The notes beneath the pieces were generated by a model. That model saw nothing but the letters and a program-made list of their open reading frames with translations. It was not told the DNA's origin and did not search any database. 64,000 nucleotides of DNA, from contig CAUVXB020000001.1 of the NCBI GenBank assembly GCA_963555825.3, forward strand, positions 2,304,001 to 2,368,000, read 5' to 3'. Source of the stretch: Alphaproteobacteria bacterium. Lineage in GTDB: Bacteria; Pseudomonadota; Alphaproteobacteria; JAAXGF01. Each line of letters starts with the position of its first letter. Position 1 is the first letter of the stretch. The translations under genes and the position numbers were made by a program. Below, piece after piece: positions 44,368 through 53,653 of this stretch.

Positions 44368-47325
44368 ATGACGGATCTCACCTTTCTAGCAGATATTGCC
44401 TCGCTGCCTGAAGCCTGCAACGCGCAACGCGCGGCAACGGGCATCGAGCGCTGGCACGATGCGGCCGATCGGGCCGGCATCGCGACGTTCGCGACGGCGC
44501 TCGCCGGCGACGAACGCGGCACCCGCCTGCTCGCCGCGATCTTCGGCAACAGCCCGTTCCTCAGCCATTGCGTGGTCCAGGATGCCAGCTTCTTCCAGCG
44601 CCTCATCGAGGCTGGGCCGGCGATCTGCCTCGATGCCATAGCCGCCGATCTCGACATCACGGACGCCGATCAGACGACCGTGATGCGGCGCCTGCGCATC
44701 GCGCGGCGGCGCGCGGCGCTCGCCATCGCCGTCGCCGACATCGCCGGCGCCTGGCCGATCGACCGCGTGACCGGCGCGCTTTCCGAATTCGCCGACGCCG
44801 CGATCGGGCACGCGGTCGTCCATGTGCTGAGCGCCGCGGCCCAGGCTGGCGAGCTGCGCCTCGTCAACCGCGACGACCCGCAAGCCGGCAGCGGCCTGAC
44901 CGTACTCGCGCTCGGTAAACTGGGTGCCAGCGAGCTAAACTACTCGAGCGACATCGACATCATGGTGCTCTATGACACCGAGGTCGTCCGGTTCTCCGGC
45001 CGCGGCGAGATCCAGGCGAGCTTCGTGCGCATGACGCGCAGCCTGGTGCGCGTCCTGCAGGAACGCACCGCCGACGGCTACGTCTTCCGCACCGACCTGC
45101 GGCTGAGGCCCGATCCGGGGGCGACGCCCGTCGCAATGTCGGTCCGCGCGGCCGAGACCTATTACGAATCACTCGGTCAGAACTGGGAGCGCGCGGCGAT
45201 GATCAAGGCGCGCCCGGTAGCCGGTGACCGCGCCGTCGGCGAGGCCTTCATCGAGACGTTGGTGCCGTTCATCTGGCGCAAGAACCTCGATTTCGCGGCG
45301 ATTCGCGACATCCACTCGATCAAGCGTCAGATCCACGCCCACTACGGCGGCGACGCCATCGCGGTTAACGGCCACAACATCAAGTTGGGGCGTGGCGGCA
45401 TCCGCGAGATCGAGTTTTTCGCCCAGACCCAGCAACTCATCTGGGGCGGCCGCGACCCGACGCTCCGGATGCGTGCAACGCGCGACGCGCTCGATGCGCT
45501 GGCCGCCGCCGGTCGTATCGAGCCCAGCGTCGCCGAAGCGATGATCGCCGCATACCGCTATCTGCGCCGGGTCGAGCACCGGCTTCAGATGATCGACGAT
45601 CAGCAGACCCAGACGATCCCGAACGAACCGAACGATGTTGCGGCGCTGGCCATCTTTCTCGGCGACGCGGGCGCCGTGGCATTCGCCGCCGAGCTCACCG
45701 AGCGGCTCGAGTTGGTCGAATGTCACTACGCAGGGTTGTTCGAGGAATCGGCCGAGTTGGCGCCCGCCGGCAACCTGGTATTCACCGGCACCGACGACGA
45801 CCCCGACACGCTCGCGACGCTCCACGAGCTGGGTTTCGCCGACGGCAGGGCGGTCGGCGCGGTGGTGCGCGGCTGGCACCACGGTCGCTTCCGCGCCATG
45901 CGCAGCACACGCGCGCGAGAACTCCTGACGGAACTCATGCCGACGCTCTTGGGCGCCTTCGCCAAGACCACCAGCCCGGACGGCGCGCTGCTGCGCTTCA
46001 ACGAATTCCTCGCCCGCCTGCCAGCGGGCGTGCAGCTGTTCTCGCTGTTCCACGCCAATCCGGGCCTGCTCGACCTGGTCGCCGAGATCCTCGGCTCGGC
46101 GCCTCGGCTCGCCGAGCGCCTGAGCCACGACGCCGCCCTGCTCGACGGCGTGTTGAGCCTTGATTTCTACGACCCGATGCCGCCTGTCGACGTGCTCGCC
46201 GCCGATCTCGACGGCGCGCTCGCCCGGGCGCGCGATTACGAGGACGTGCTCGACATCTCTCGGCGCTGGGCGCATGAGCGTGAATTCCAGGTCGGCGTCC
46301 AGATGCTGCGCGGCGACGATACCGGCGACCATGCCGGTGCGACGCTCGCCGACATCGCCGATGCCGTGCTGCGGACGCTCACGCCACGCGTCGCCGAGGC
46401 CTTCGCCGAAACGCATGGTCACGTCCAGGGCGGTGGGCTCGCGGTGATCGGCATGGGCAACCTGGGCGGTCGCGAGATGACCGTCGTCTCGGACCTCGAC
46501 CTAGTCCTGCTATATCACAACCCGGATGGCCACGAGGCGTCCGACGGCGCCAAGCCATTGCCGACCAGCCAGTATTTCATGCGCCTCGGCCAACGCCTGA
46601 TCAACGCGCTGAGCGCGCTGACCAGCGAGGGGCGGCTCTACGAGATCGACATGCGCCTGCGGCCGTCGGGCCAAAAGGGGCCGCTCGCCTCCGAGATCGA
46701 GAGCTTCGTCCGTTACCAGGCGGAAAGCGCCTGGAGTTGGGAGCACCTGGCGTTCACCCGGGCGCGAGTCGTCTGCGGGCCGCCGGCGCTGGTCGCGCGC
46801 ATCGAGCAGGCGATCCGCGATGTGCTGACGCGCCCGCGCGACGCCGACAATCTGGTCGCCGCCGTCGCCGACATGCGCCGGCGCATCGCCGAAGAACACC
46901 CGATGGCGATCCCCTGGCGCACCAAGTACCAGCGCGGCGGGCTGGTCGATCTGGAATTCATTTCGGGCTATTTGCAGCTCCGCCACGCCACGGCGCACCC
47001 CGGCGTGCTCGCGGCCAACCGGGTCGAGGCGTTCGAGAAGCTCGCCGCCGCTGGCGTTCTCGAGGCGGGCGACGCGGCGACGCTGATCGAGGCGGCGCGG
47101 CTGCAGCGCTGCATGCGCGGCATGCTGCGCCTGACCATCGGCGGCTCGCGCGTCGAGGCGGACGCGCCCGAGGCGCTGCGCGCTCTGCTCGCCCGCTCGG
47201 GCGGCGCCGCAGACTTCGACGCGCTCCGAACCAAGCTGGAGACCGCCCAGGCCGAGGTGCGCGCGATCTATGCCCGCTTGGTCGAGGCACGCGCCGCGGC
47301 GGTTCAGCCCCCGGACGTCGAGTGA
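44368..47325 (+). CDS. glnE: Glutamine synthetase adenylyltransferase/adenylyl-removing enzyme
   Basis: GKLGASELNYSSDID, DLRLRPDP, GQNWERAA, second NTase domain DMRLRPSG. Confidence 0.96.
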   Translation: MTDLTFLADIASLPEACNAQRAATGIERWHDAADRAGIATFATALAGDERGTRLLAAIFGNSPFLSHCVVQDASFFQRLIEAGPAICLDAIAADLDITDADQTTVMRRLRIARRRAALAIAVADIAGAWPIDRVTGALSEFADAAIGHAVVHVLSAAAQAGELRLVNRDDPQAGSGLTVLALGKLGASELNYSSDIDIMVLYDTEVVRFSGRGEIQASFVRMTRSLVRVLQERTADGYVFRTDLRLRPDPGATPVAMSVRAAETYYESLGQNWERAAMIKARPVAGDRAVGEAFIETLVPFIWRKNLDFAAIRDIHSIKRQIHAHYGGDAIAVNGHNIKLGRGGIREIEFFAQTQQLIWGGRDPTLRMRATRDALDALAAAGRIEPSVAEAMIAAYRYLRRVEHRLQMIDDQQTQTIPNEPNDVAALAIFLGDAGAVAFAAELTERLELVECHYAGLFEESAELAPAGNLVFTGTDDDPDTLATLHELGFADGRAVGAVVRGWHHGRFRAMRSTRARELLTELMPTLLGAFAKTTSPDGALLRFNEFLARLPAGVQLFSLFHANPGLLDLVAEILGSAPRLAERLSHDAALLDGVLSLDFYDPMPPVDVLAADLDGALARARDYEDVLDISRRWAHEREFQVGVQMLRGDDTGDHAGATLADIADAVLRTLTPRVAEAFAETHGHVQGGGLAVIGMGNLGGREMTVVSDLDLVLLYHNPDGHEASDGAKPLPTSQYFMRLGQRLINALSALTSEGRLYEIDMRLRPSGQKGPLASEIESFVRYQAESAWSWEHLAFTRARVVCGPPALVARIEQAIRDVLTRPRDADNLVAAVADMRRRIAEEHPMAIPWRTKYQRGGLVDLEFISGYLQLRHATAHPGVLAANRVEAFEKLAAAGVLEAGDAATLIEAARLQRCMRGMLRLTIGGSRVEADAPEALRALLARSGGAADFDALRTKLETAQAEVRAIYARLVEARAAAVQPPDVE

Positions 47326-48190
47326 ACGAGGCGCAGGCCGCGCGGCGCATCCTGGGCCTCGACGAGCGGCAGATTGCCATGGTGTTGCTGTTCGTCGCGC
47401 CCGCCCTGTTCGCCGCCAACATGCTGGTCGCACGGGCGACCGCCGACGCGATCCCGCCGGTCGCCCTGGCGTTCTGGCGCTGGACCGTCGCCCTGATCGT
47501 GCTGGCGCCCTTCGCCGCCGGCGCGCTGTGGCGCCAGCGCTGGGCGGTCCGTCACGAATGGCGCGACCTTTTGGTGCTCGGCGCGCTCGGCATGGGGGTG
47601 TGCGGCGCCTTCGTCTATGTCGGCGCCGACACCACGACTGCGACCAACATCGGGCTGATCTACGCCGCCGCGCCGATCCTCATCGTCGTGCTCGCACGCG
47701 CCGTCTACGGCGAGGCGCTGGGCGTGGTTCAGGCGTTCGGCGTCGCGCTCTCGCTGGTCGGCGTCATCGCCGTCGTCTGCCGCGGCGACATCGGCGTGCT
47801 GTTTTCGATCGGCTTCGCGGTCGGCGACATCTGGATCCTCGGCGCGACGGCCGGCTGGGCGGTCTACGCCACACTGCTGCGCCACCGGCCGAGGGCGTCG
47901 GCGGCGCCCTGCCGGTGCTCGACTGGACGACCGCGGCCGCCGTCATGACCGTCGCCATGCTGCCCTCGCTCGGCGCCTACCAGGCTTATGCCCGCGCCCA
48001 GGCGGTGCTCGGCGCGGGGCCGGCCAGCCTGGTCATGTACCTGGTCCCAATCTACAACGGCGTGCTGGCCTTCCTGCTTCTTGGCGAGGCGCTCGAGGCC
48101 TATCATCTGATCGGCGCCGCGCTGGTGCTGCCGGGCATCTACCTGGCGACCCGAAGCGCGCCCCGCAAGCAACCGCCCTTGGTCACGTGA
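47322..48190 (+). pseudogene. EamA/DMT transporter with internal deletion and frameshift near 47890
   Basis: PPVALAFWRW...TTATNIGLI...GDIWILGA; frame changes after LLRHRP; C-terminus (LLLGEAL..YHLIGAALVL) in another frame. Confidence 0.8.
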
Positions 48191-48377
48191 TAAAATGGCC
48201 GCGACATGATCGAGTTCAGCGACGCCCAGATCGGCCAGTTTCACGACGACGGTTTCCTGACTGTCGATCGCTCGACGTCAACGCGCTCCGCGAATTACTA
48301 CTCACCATAAGGGTTGTGGTAATTATGTTCGCTTCGTCGACGAGATAGTGGCAAGGGCTGACGAATGAGCGCAACGT

Positions 48378-49982
48378 GGCGATGTCCCTATCTCTGTTGA
48401 AATTCGTGGGGCAGGCGTCGCTGGTTGATGATGCTATGCTGCCTTCATGATGGTTTCAATGGCACTGTCGGCCTGAGCCTTTCTCAAGTGTTCCTGGAGA
48501 GCATTTCGGAGGATGGGCAGCTGACGATAGGCCTTGAGGCGACGGAAGGTTTTCTGGGCCTCCAGCAGGCCGGCGGCGGTCCATCTGAGCGCCATCTCGG
48601 CGTGTCTCCAGCGTTTGACGTTGCGGGTGACCTGGCGCACCGTGCCGAGCGCGTTCTCGACGATGTTGGTGCAGGCGAGCGAGCGCCGGAGTTCGTGCGG
48701 CAGGCCGAGGCGGATGACGGTGAGGATCTCGTCCAGCCCCTCCAGGATGCTGCCCGAGACGCCCGGTTCCTCATGCTCCAGACGCCGGGCCAGGTTGCGC
48801 AGCAGCCGTTCGGCCTTGTCTGCGTCGTCCTGGTCCCAGGCCTGACGGAGCGCCTTCTTGACGCTCGCATGCAAATGCAGGGGCAGGCGCTCGATGATGT
48901 TACGGCCCTTGTGGACCTGGCAGCGCTGGATGGCGGCGGCCACACCGAAGGTGTTGCGGATCGCTTTGCTGAGCGCCTTCGCGCCATCGACGATGAACAG
49001 CCGGGGCAGCGTCGGATCGAGCCCCCTGGCGAGGAGATTGTCGAGCAAGGCCTGGACGACGACAGTGTTCTCCGTCGCCCCCTCGACCACGGCCAGGACA
49101 TGCTTGTCGCCGTTGCCATCGACGCCGATCGCCGCCACCAAGACATGGTCGCCGACATGCAGACCGTCGATCTGGATGACCAGCAGGTCGAGCTCCGAGA
49201 GGTCCGAGGCGAGCCAGGCCTTCATCTTCTTGCGCGACAGCGCCACAAAGCGCCGGGAAACGGCCGACTTCGAGGTGCCGTCGCCACGCGCTTTCGCCAG
49301 GTCGCCCTCGGGCAGACGGACCGCGCGGTGGTACTTGCGGGTCGACACGTTCAGGACCATCAGGTTGAGCGCCCACTCGAGCAACAGGTTGCCGTCGCGC
49401 AGCACCTGCCAGCTCTCCAAACCCACCTCCTTGCCAGCATGGTCGCGAACCCGTGGCCGCTGCACTTTCACGCGGCCGCCGTGGTAGCCGATCTCGCTCT
49501 GCGTATGGCCCCAGCGATAACCCCGACGGTTCCCATGGCGACGATGTCGGGCCCCGCACACGGTCGTGGCGTCCTCCTCCATCATCTCGGCCAAGGCCTC
49601 GACCCCGGCCAGGAGACAGAACCGATCCACGCTGAGACGGACTGCGTCCATCGCGTCTGCCAGCGGCGGCATAGGAAACGAGGTGGCAAGGGCTTTCGGG
49701 CTACTGGAACTACGGATATTCTTTCCCATGGTGTCGTTCTCCCTCTTGGGTTTGCAGCACCCGGAGCCTAGAGGCGGAAACATTTCCATTGCTAACGCCT
49801 GACCGGGGCCATGCTGGTCGAACTCGGGGTTCTCGCTAAGTCGATTTCAGATCGGTTTTCGCCGCCGCATTCCTCATCTGGGAGTGAGAGCCGGCTAGCC
49901 ACTTAATCAACGGCCTGATAAGGGTTGTGGTAATTATGTTCGCACCTCCTCGAGATAGTTTCAAGGGCTCGACGACATCTCC
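48378..49982 (-). mobile_element. IS256-family insertion sequence
   Basis: IRs GGCGATGTC...TTGAAATT / GGAGATGTC...TTGAAACT; 8-bp DR CGCAACGT at 48370-48377 and 49983-49990. Confidence 0.9.
48434..49789 (-). CDS. IS256 (Mutator-type) transposase
   Basis: IQIDG, FIVDGAKAL, QRCQVHK, CTNIVE. Confidence 0.93.
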   Translation of the reverse strand: MEMFPPLGSGCCKPKRENDTMGKNIRSSSSPKALATSFPMPPLADAMDAVRLSVDRFCLLAGVEALAEMMEEDATTVCGARHRRHGNRRGYRWGHTQSEIGYHGGRVKVQRPRVRDHAGKEVGLESWQVLRDGNLLLEWALNLMVLNVSTRKYHRAVRLPEGDLAKARGDGTSKSAVSRRFVALSRKKMKAWLASDLSELDLLVIQIDGLHVGDHVLVAAIGVDGNGDKHVLAVVEGATENTVVVQALLDNLLARGLDPTLPRLFIVDGAKALSKAIRNTFGVAAAIQRCQVHKGRNIIERLPLHLHASVKKALRQAWDQDDADKAERLLRNLARRLEHEEPGVSGSILEGLDEILTVIRLGLPHELRRSLACTNIVENALGTVRQVTRNVKRWRHAEMALRWTAAGLLEAQKTFRRLKAYRQLPILRNALQEHLRKAQADSAIETIMKAA

Positions 49983-50041
49983 CGCAACGTTGGAGAGTCC
50001 ATACAGCCGCACTTTTGAGACGCAAGCGTTTGATCCAGTTT

Positions 50042-50098
50042 CTGCCACTATAACCTGTCCTAAGGACAGGTTATAGTGGCAGTAGAAAGCAATGTCAA
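50042..50098 (-). promoter_or_regulatory. Sigma70-type promoter overlapped by a perfect 20-1-20 palindrome
   Basis: TTGACA (50098-50093), 17 nt, TATAAC; CTGCCACTATAACCTGTCCT-A-AGGACAGGTTATAGTGGCAG. Confidence 0.7.
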
Positions 50099-50122
50099 GG
50101 CCTCTGGTGCATAAGAAATTTG

Positions 50123-50181
50123 TTGACGTTCTGCAGTCTGCATGTGTATATGTCCTCAGGACATATACACATGCAGACTGC
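50123..50181 (+). promoter_or_regulatory. abiE promoter with perfect 24-1-24 (23-3-23) operator palindrome
   Basis: TTGACG...TATATG; GCAGTCTGCATGTGTATATGTCCT-C-AGGACATATACACATGCAGACTGC covering -10, RBS and ATG. Confidence 0.8.
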
Positions 50182-51091
50182 GTCACGAGTAAAAATCGGG
50201 CGAGCCGTCGCGCTCGAAATCAGCAGGCTAAACCAGCCTGTAGTAACGCTACATCAGATCGCCGTGGTGATCTTCAAACTGTACCTAGCCGGCACCTACA
50301 AGGGAGAGAAGATCGCTTACCTCAAAAAGACCCGCGCCGACCGATCTGATTGCACTCGGATCGTTAGAGATCTAGCGGAGACCGGCGTCCTCGAAGAAAG
50401 CGGTTCTGTGCGCCACAATGAGGTCTTCAACGTTCTGGGTAGAGATCAGGGCATGACCGAGGAAATTGCCTGCTCCATCGACCCATTTGCATATATCTCG
50501 CATATGAGTTCCATGGAGTGGCACGGTCTCACAGACCGCTTCGGGCGCACCTTGATTTACTCATCACCGCCACCACAAAAATGGCGCCAGTTTGCGCGGG
50601 AGAAATTACAAAGAGAAGTCGGGAAAGATCATGTTCAGGATTATCTGATGCAGAACCTTCCCCACCTCAAACGTCTGAACATCAAAAAGATTGGTCGGAC
50701 CCCAATCCATCGCTATGTAGGTGAACACCTCGGTGCATTCACGTCTATTCAAGGCCGCTGCTTACGGGTTTCGACGGTTGGCCGCACGTTCCTCGATATG
50801 ATCCGGGAGCCGGACCTCTGCGGCGGTATTTACCATGTGCTCGATGTCTATGATGAGCATGGACCGCGCTATCTAAAATTGATCGTCGACGACGTCGATA
50901 GGCACGGCACAAAAATCGACAAAGTTCGGGCTGGCTACATTCTGGAAGAGCGTATGAACCTAAGCGAACCACGGATCGACGAATGGCGAAAATTCGTACA
51001 GCGCGGAGGTTCGCGCAAACTTTCTGCCCGAAGCCCATACAGCTCAGAATATTCAGAGAAATGGTGTCTATCGATAAACATCGAAGGATGA
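50171..51091 (+). CDS. abiEi: Type IV TA antitoxin AbiEi-like transcriptional regulator
   Basis: YISHMSSMEWHGLT, VSTVGRTFLDMIREPDLCGG, RAGYILE, EKWCLSIN. Confidence 0.85.
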   Translation: MQTASRVKIGRAVALEISRLNQPVVTLHQIAVVIFKLYLAGTYKGEKIAYLKKTRADRSDCTRIVRDLAETGVLEESGSVRHNEVFNVLGRDQGMTEEIACSIDPFAYISHMSSMEWHGLTDRFGRTLIYSSPPPQKWRQFAREKLQREVGKDHVQDYLMQNLPHLKRLNIKKIGRTPIHRYVGEHLGAFTSIQGRCLRVSTVGRTFLDMIREPDLCGGIYHVLDVYDEHGPRYLKLIVDDVDRHGTKIDKVRAGYILEERMNLSEPRIDEWRKFVQRGGSRKLSARSPYSSEYSEKWCLSINIEG

Positions 51092-51095
51092 GCAA

Positions 51096-51949
51096 TTGCC
51101 TGATTTTAATATTGAATCATGGGTAAACCGAAGCGCCGAAAACAAGCTGTTTCGACAAGCGGTGCATACAATCCTTTTTTCCATATCGAGTACTCGTGAT
51201 CTGCGGGAGATAATGGTGATGAAGGGGGCATTCTGCTCGCGTTGGGCTATGAGAGTACACGATTTACGAGGGACATCGATTTCTCAACGGAAATAATGCT
51301 CCAAAATTTTGACGTAGAAGCGTTTATCGCAAAATTCGATGCTGCTTTGGTCGATACCATCGATCAGCTCGAGTATGACATTGATTGTAAAGTTCAGGGC
51401 TGTAGGCAGCAGCCGCCCCGTGAGGACGCTACATTTCCCACCTTCGAGATCAGAGTGGGATATGCAAATCGGAGCGACCAAAGAGCGCACCGAAGGCTGA
51501 TGCGAAATATGGCTACCCATGTTGTGCCGGTTGATTTCAGCCTCAACGAGCCGCGTGGCGAACCCGAACTATTCGAAATCGAAGAAGGCAAATCAATCCA
51601 GATCTACAGCTTCCATGATCTCGTCGGAGAGAAATTTCGAGCAGTCTTGCAACAGGAGGTTCGGAACCGTCTGCGCAGGCAGGACATTTACGATTTGCAT
51701 CTTCTGCTCACAAGCAGGGATAGCGGCACAACTGAAGAAACAAAATCGAATATACTCCATAGTTTGAAGGAGAAAGCGGCAGCCCGGGACCTGGTGATCG
51801 ATCAGAAATCGATGCGCAATACGGAGATCATCCGTCGCTCCCAAAAAGAATATTCGTTACTCGCGCACGAAATTGAAGGCGTATTGCCCAGGTTTGAGGA
51901 AACCTATGAGTTCGTGAGATTGTATTACGAAGGTCTACCTTGGGACTAA
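51096..51949 (+). CDS. abiEii: AbiEii-family nucleotidyltransferase toxin (frameshift at G-run 51224-51228)
   Basis: One more G restores MKGGILL...RFTRDIDFS; also EKFRA and RRQDIYDL motifs. Confidence 0.85.
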
Positions 51950-52016
51950 TTGCACGAATTGGGCGTGGCGCATATAGCCGAACATGTCTGCCGGAGATAG
52001 GCGCTGAGTCGGGGAC

Positions 52017-52853
52017 ATGATCGAGTTCAGCGACGCCCAGATCGGCCAATTTCACGACGACGGTTTTCTCGTCGTCGAGCGGCTGATCGACGCCGATACG
52101 GTGGCGCGCGCCGCCGCCCGCTTCGCGCCGCTGTTCCGCGGCGAATTCGAGACCGGCCTCGACCCCGACGAATGGAACTGGCGCGGGGGTCGCGACGCGG
52201 CCGATCTGACGCGCCAGATCTGCAACGGCTGGAAGTCCGACCGCACGGTCGCCGGCGTCGTGCTCGACGCCGACGTCGGCCGGCTCTGCGCGACGCTGGG
52301 CGGCTGGCCCGGCGCGCGCATCGGCCAGGACAACGTGTTGTCGAAGCCGCCCGGCGCCAAGCCGCTCGGCTTCCACCAGGACGACAGCTATCTGTCGTGG
52401 GTGATGCCGCCCAACTACGTGACCTGCTGGATCGCGCTCGATGCGACCAGCGCAGCCGGCGGCACGCTGGAATACGCGCGCGGCTCGCACAAATGGGGCG
52501 TCGGGCCGCCGGTCGGCGAGTTCCACGCGCCCGACGACTACCGCGCGCCGCTCAGAGACGCCGCGGAACGTGCCGGCGCGACGCCCGAGATCGTCGCCGT
52601 CGAGGTGCCGGCCGGAGGCGCCGCCTTCCACGCCGGCGGCACCTGGCACGGCTCGGACGTCAACCGCGGCAAGTCGCCGCGCCGTTCGCTGGTGGCCCAT
52701 TGCGTCTCTTCCGCCGCACGCTTCCACCCGACCGAGATCAGCCCCATCTACAGCCGCTACAAGCACCACGGCGACGACACCATGGACGAGAGCTTCTTCC
52801 CGATTCTCTGGACCACGGACGGCTACCGCACGCCGTTCCTCGACGACCGGTGA
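52017..52853 (+). CDS. Phytanoyl-CoA dioxygenase (PhyH) family protein
   Basis: FHDDGFLVVE, KPPG..GFHQD, CWIALD, HAGGTWHGS. Confidence 0.9.
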   Translation: MIEFSDAQIGQFHDDGFLVVERLIDADTVARAAARFAPLFRGEFETGLDPDEWNWRGGRDAADLTRQICNGWKSDRTVAGVVLDADVGRLCATLGGWPGARIGQDNVLSKPPGAKPLGFHQDDSYLSWVMPPNYVTCWIALDATSAAGGTLEYARGSHKWGVGPPVGEFHAPDDYRAPLRDAAERAGATPEIVAVEVPAGGAAFHAGGTWHGSDVNRGKSPRRSLVAHCVSSAARFHPTEISPIYSRYKHHGDDTMDESFFPILWTTDGYRTPFLDDR

Positions 52854-53650
52854 TGGCGGATACGCTCGCGGCCCGCGCCGTCGATGTTCTCATGGCGCCC
52901 GATCCGGCCGACAAGCAGGCGCTGAGCGCCACCGCGGTCGCGGCGTGGCGCGCCGGCGCGCTGGACGTCGGCTGCACGACGCCGCCCGACCGGCCGGCGC
53001 GTCCGGCGCACCCGGAACTCAGGGCGCCGCGCGACATGCCACGGCGCCGCGCCGCACAGACGTTGGCCGGCCGTGTCGCGCTGCTGCACGCGCTCGCCCA
53101 TATCGAGCTCAACGCCATCGACCTCGCCTGGGACATCGTCGCGCGCTTTACGCACGAGAATTTGCCGCGCGGGTTCTACGACGACTGGGTCACCGTGGCC
53201 GGTGAGGAGGCGCGCCACTTCGGGCTGCTTCGCGAGCGCCTCGCCGCGCTCGGCGCGGCCTATGGCGACCTGCCGGCCCACGGCGGGCTGTGGCAGGCGG
53301 CCGAGGCGACCGCCGACGACCTCGCCGCGCGGCTCGCCGTGGTGCCGCTGGTGCTCGAGGCGCGCGGCCTCGACGTGACGCCGGCGATGATCGAGCGGCT
53401 TCGCGCGGCGGGCGACACGGAGAGCGTCGGCGTGCTCGACATCATCTACCGCGACGAGATCGGCCACGTCGCGATCGGCCGGCGCTGGTTCGAATTCGTC
53501 TGCGCGCGTCAGGGCCGCGAGCCGAAAGCCGCCTATCACGACCACGTCCGCGACCGCTTCAAGGGCCTGATCAAACCGCCGTTCAACACCGCGGCACGGG
53601 ATGCGGCGGGGCTCACCGCAGGTTACTATAGGCCGCTATCGGAGGGCTGA
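52853..53650 (+). CDS. DUF455 ferritin-like protein
   Basis: LLHALAHIELNAIDLAWD, EEARHF, LEARGLD, DEIGHVAIG. Confidence 0.92.
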   Translation: MADTLAARAVDVLMAPDPADKQALSATAVAAWRAGALDVGCTTPPDRPARPAHPELRAPRDMPRRRAAQTLAGRVALLHALAHIELNAIDLAWDIVARFTHENLPRGFYDDWVTVAGEEARHFGLLRERLAALGAAYGDLPAHGGLWQAAEATADDLAARLAVVPLVLEARGLDVTPAMIERLRAAGDTESVGVLDIIYRDEIGHVAIGRRWFEFVCARQGREPKAAYHDHVRDRFKGLIKPPFNTAARDAAGLTAGYYRPLSEG

Positions 53651-53653
53651 ACG

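Larger units (their letters stand above)
48203..52066. mobile_element. Small genomic island bounded by 53-bp direct repeats (5' end of phyH-family gene)
   Basis: 48203-48255 matches 52014-52066 with one mismatch; AT-richer interior; carries IS256 and AbiE; no integrase. Confidence 0.8.

Noticed and set aside
48306-48332. Possible dif/Xer site (CATAA...TTATG)
   Set aside because: Spacer is 12 nt rather than 6 and the XerD arm does not match
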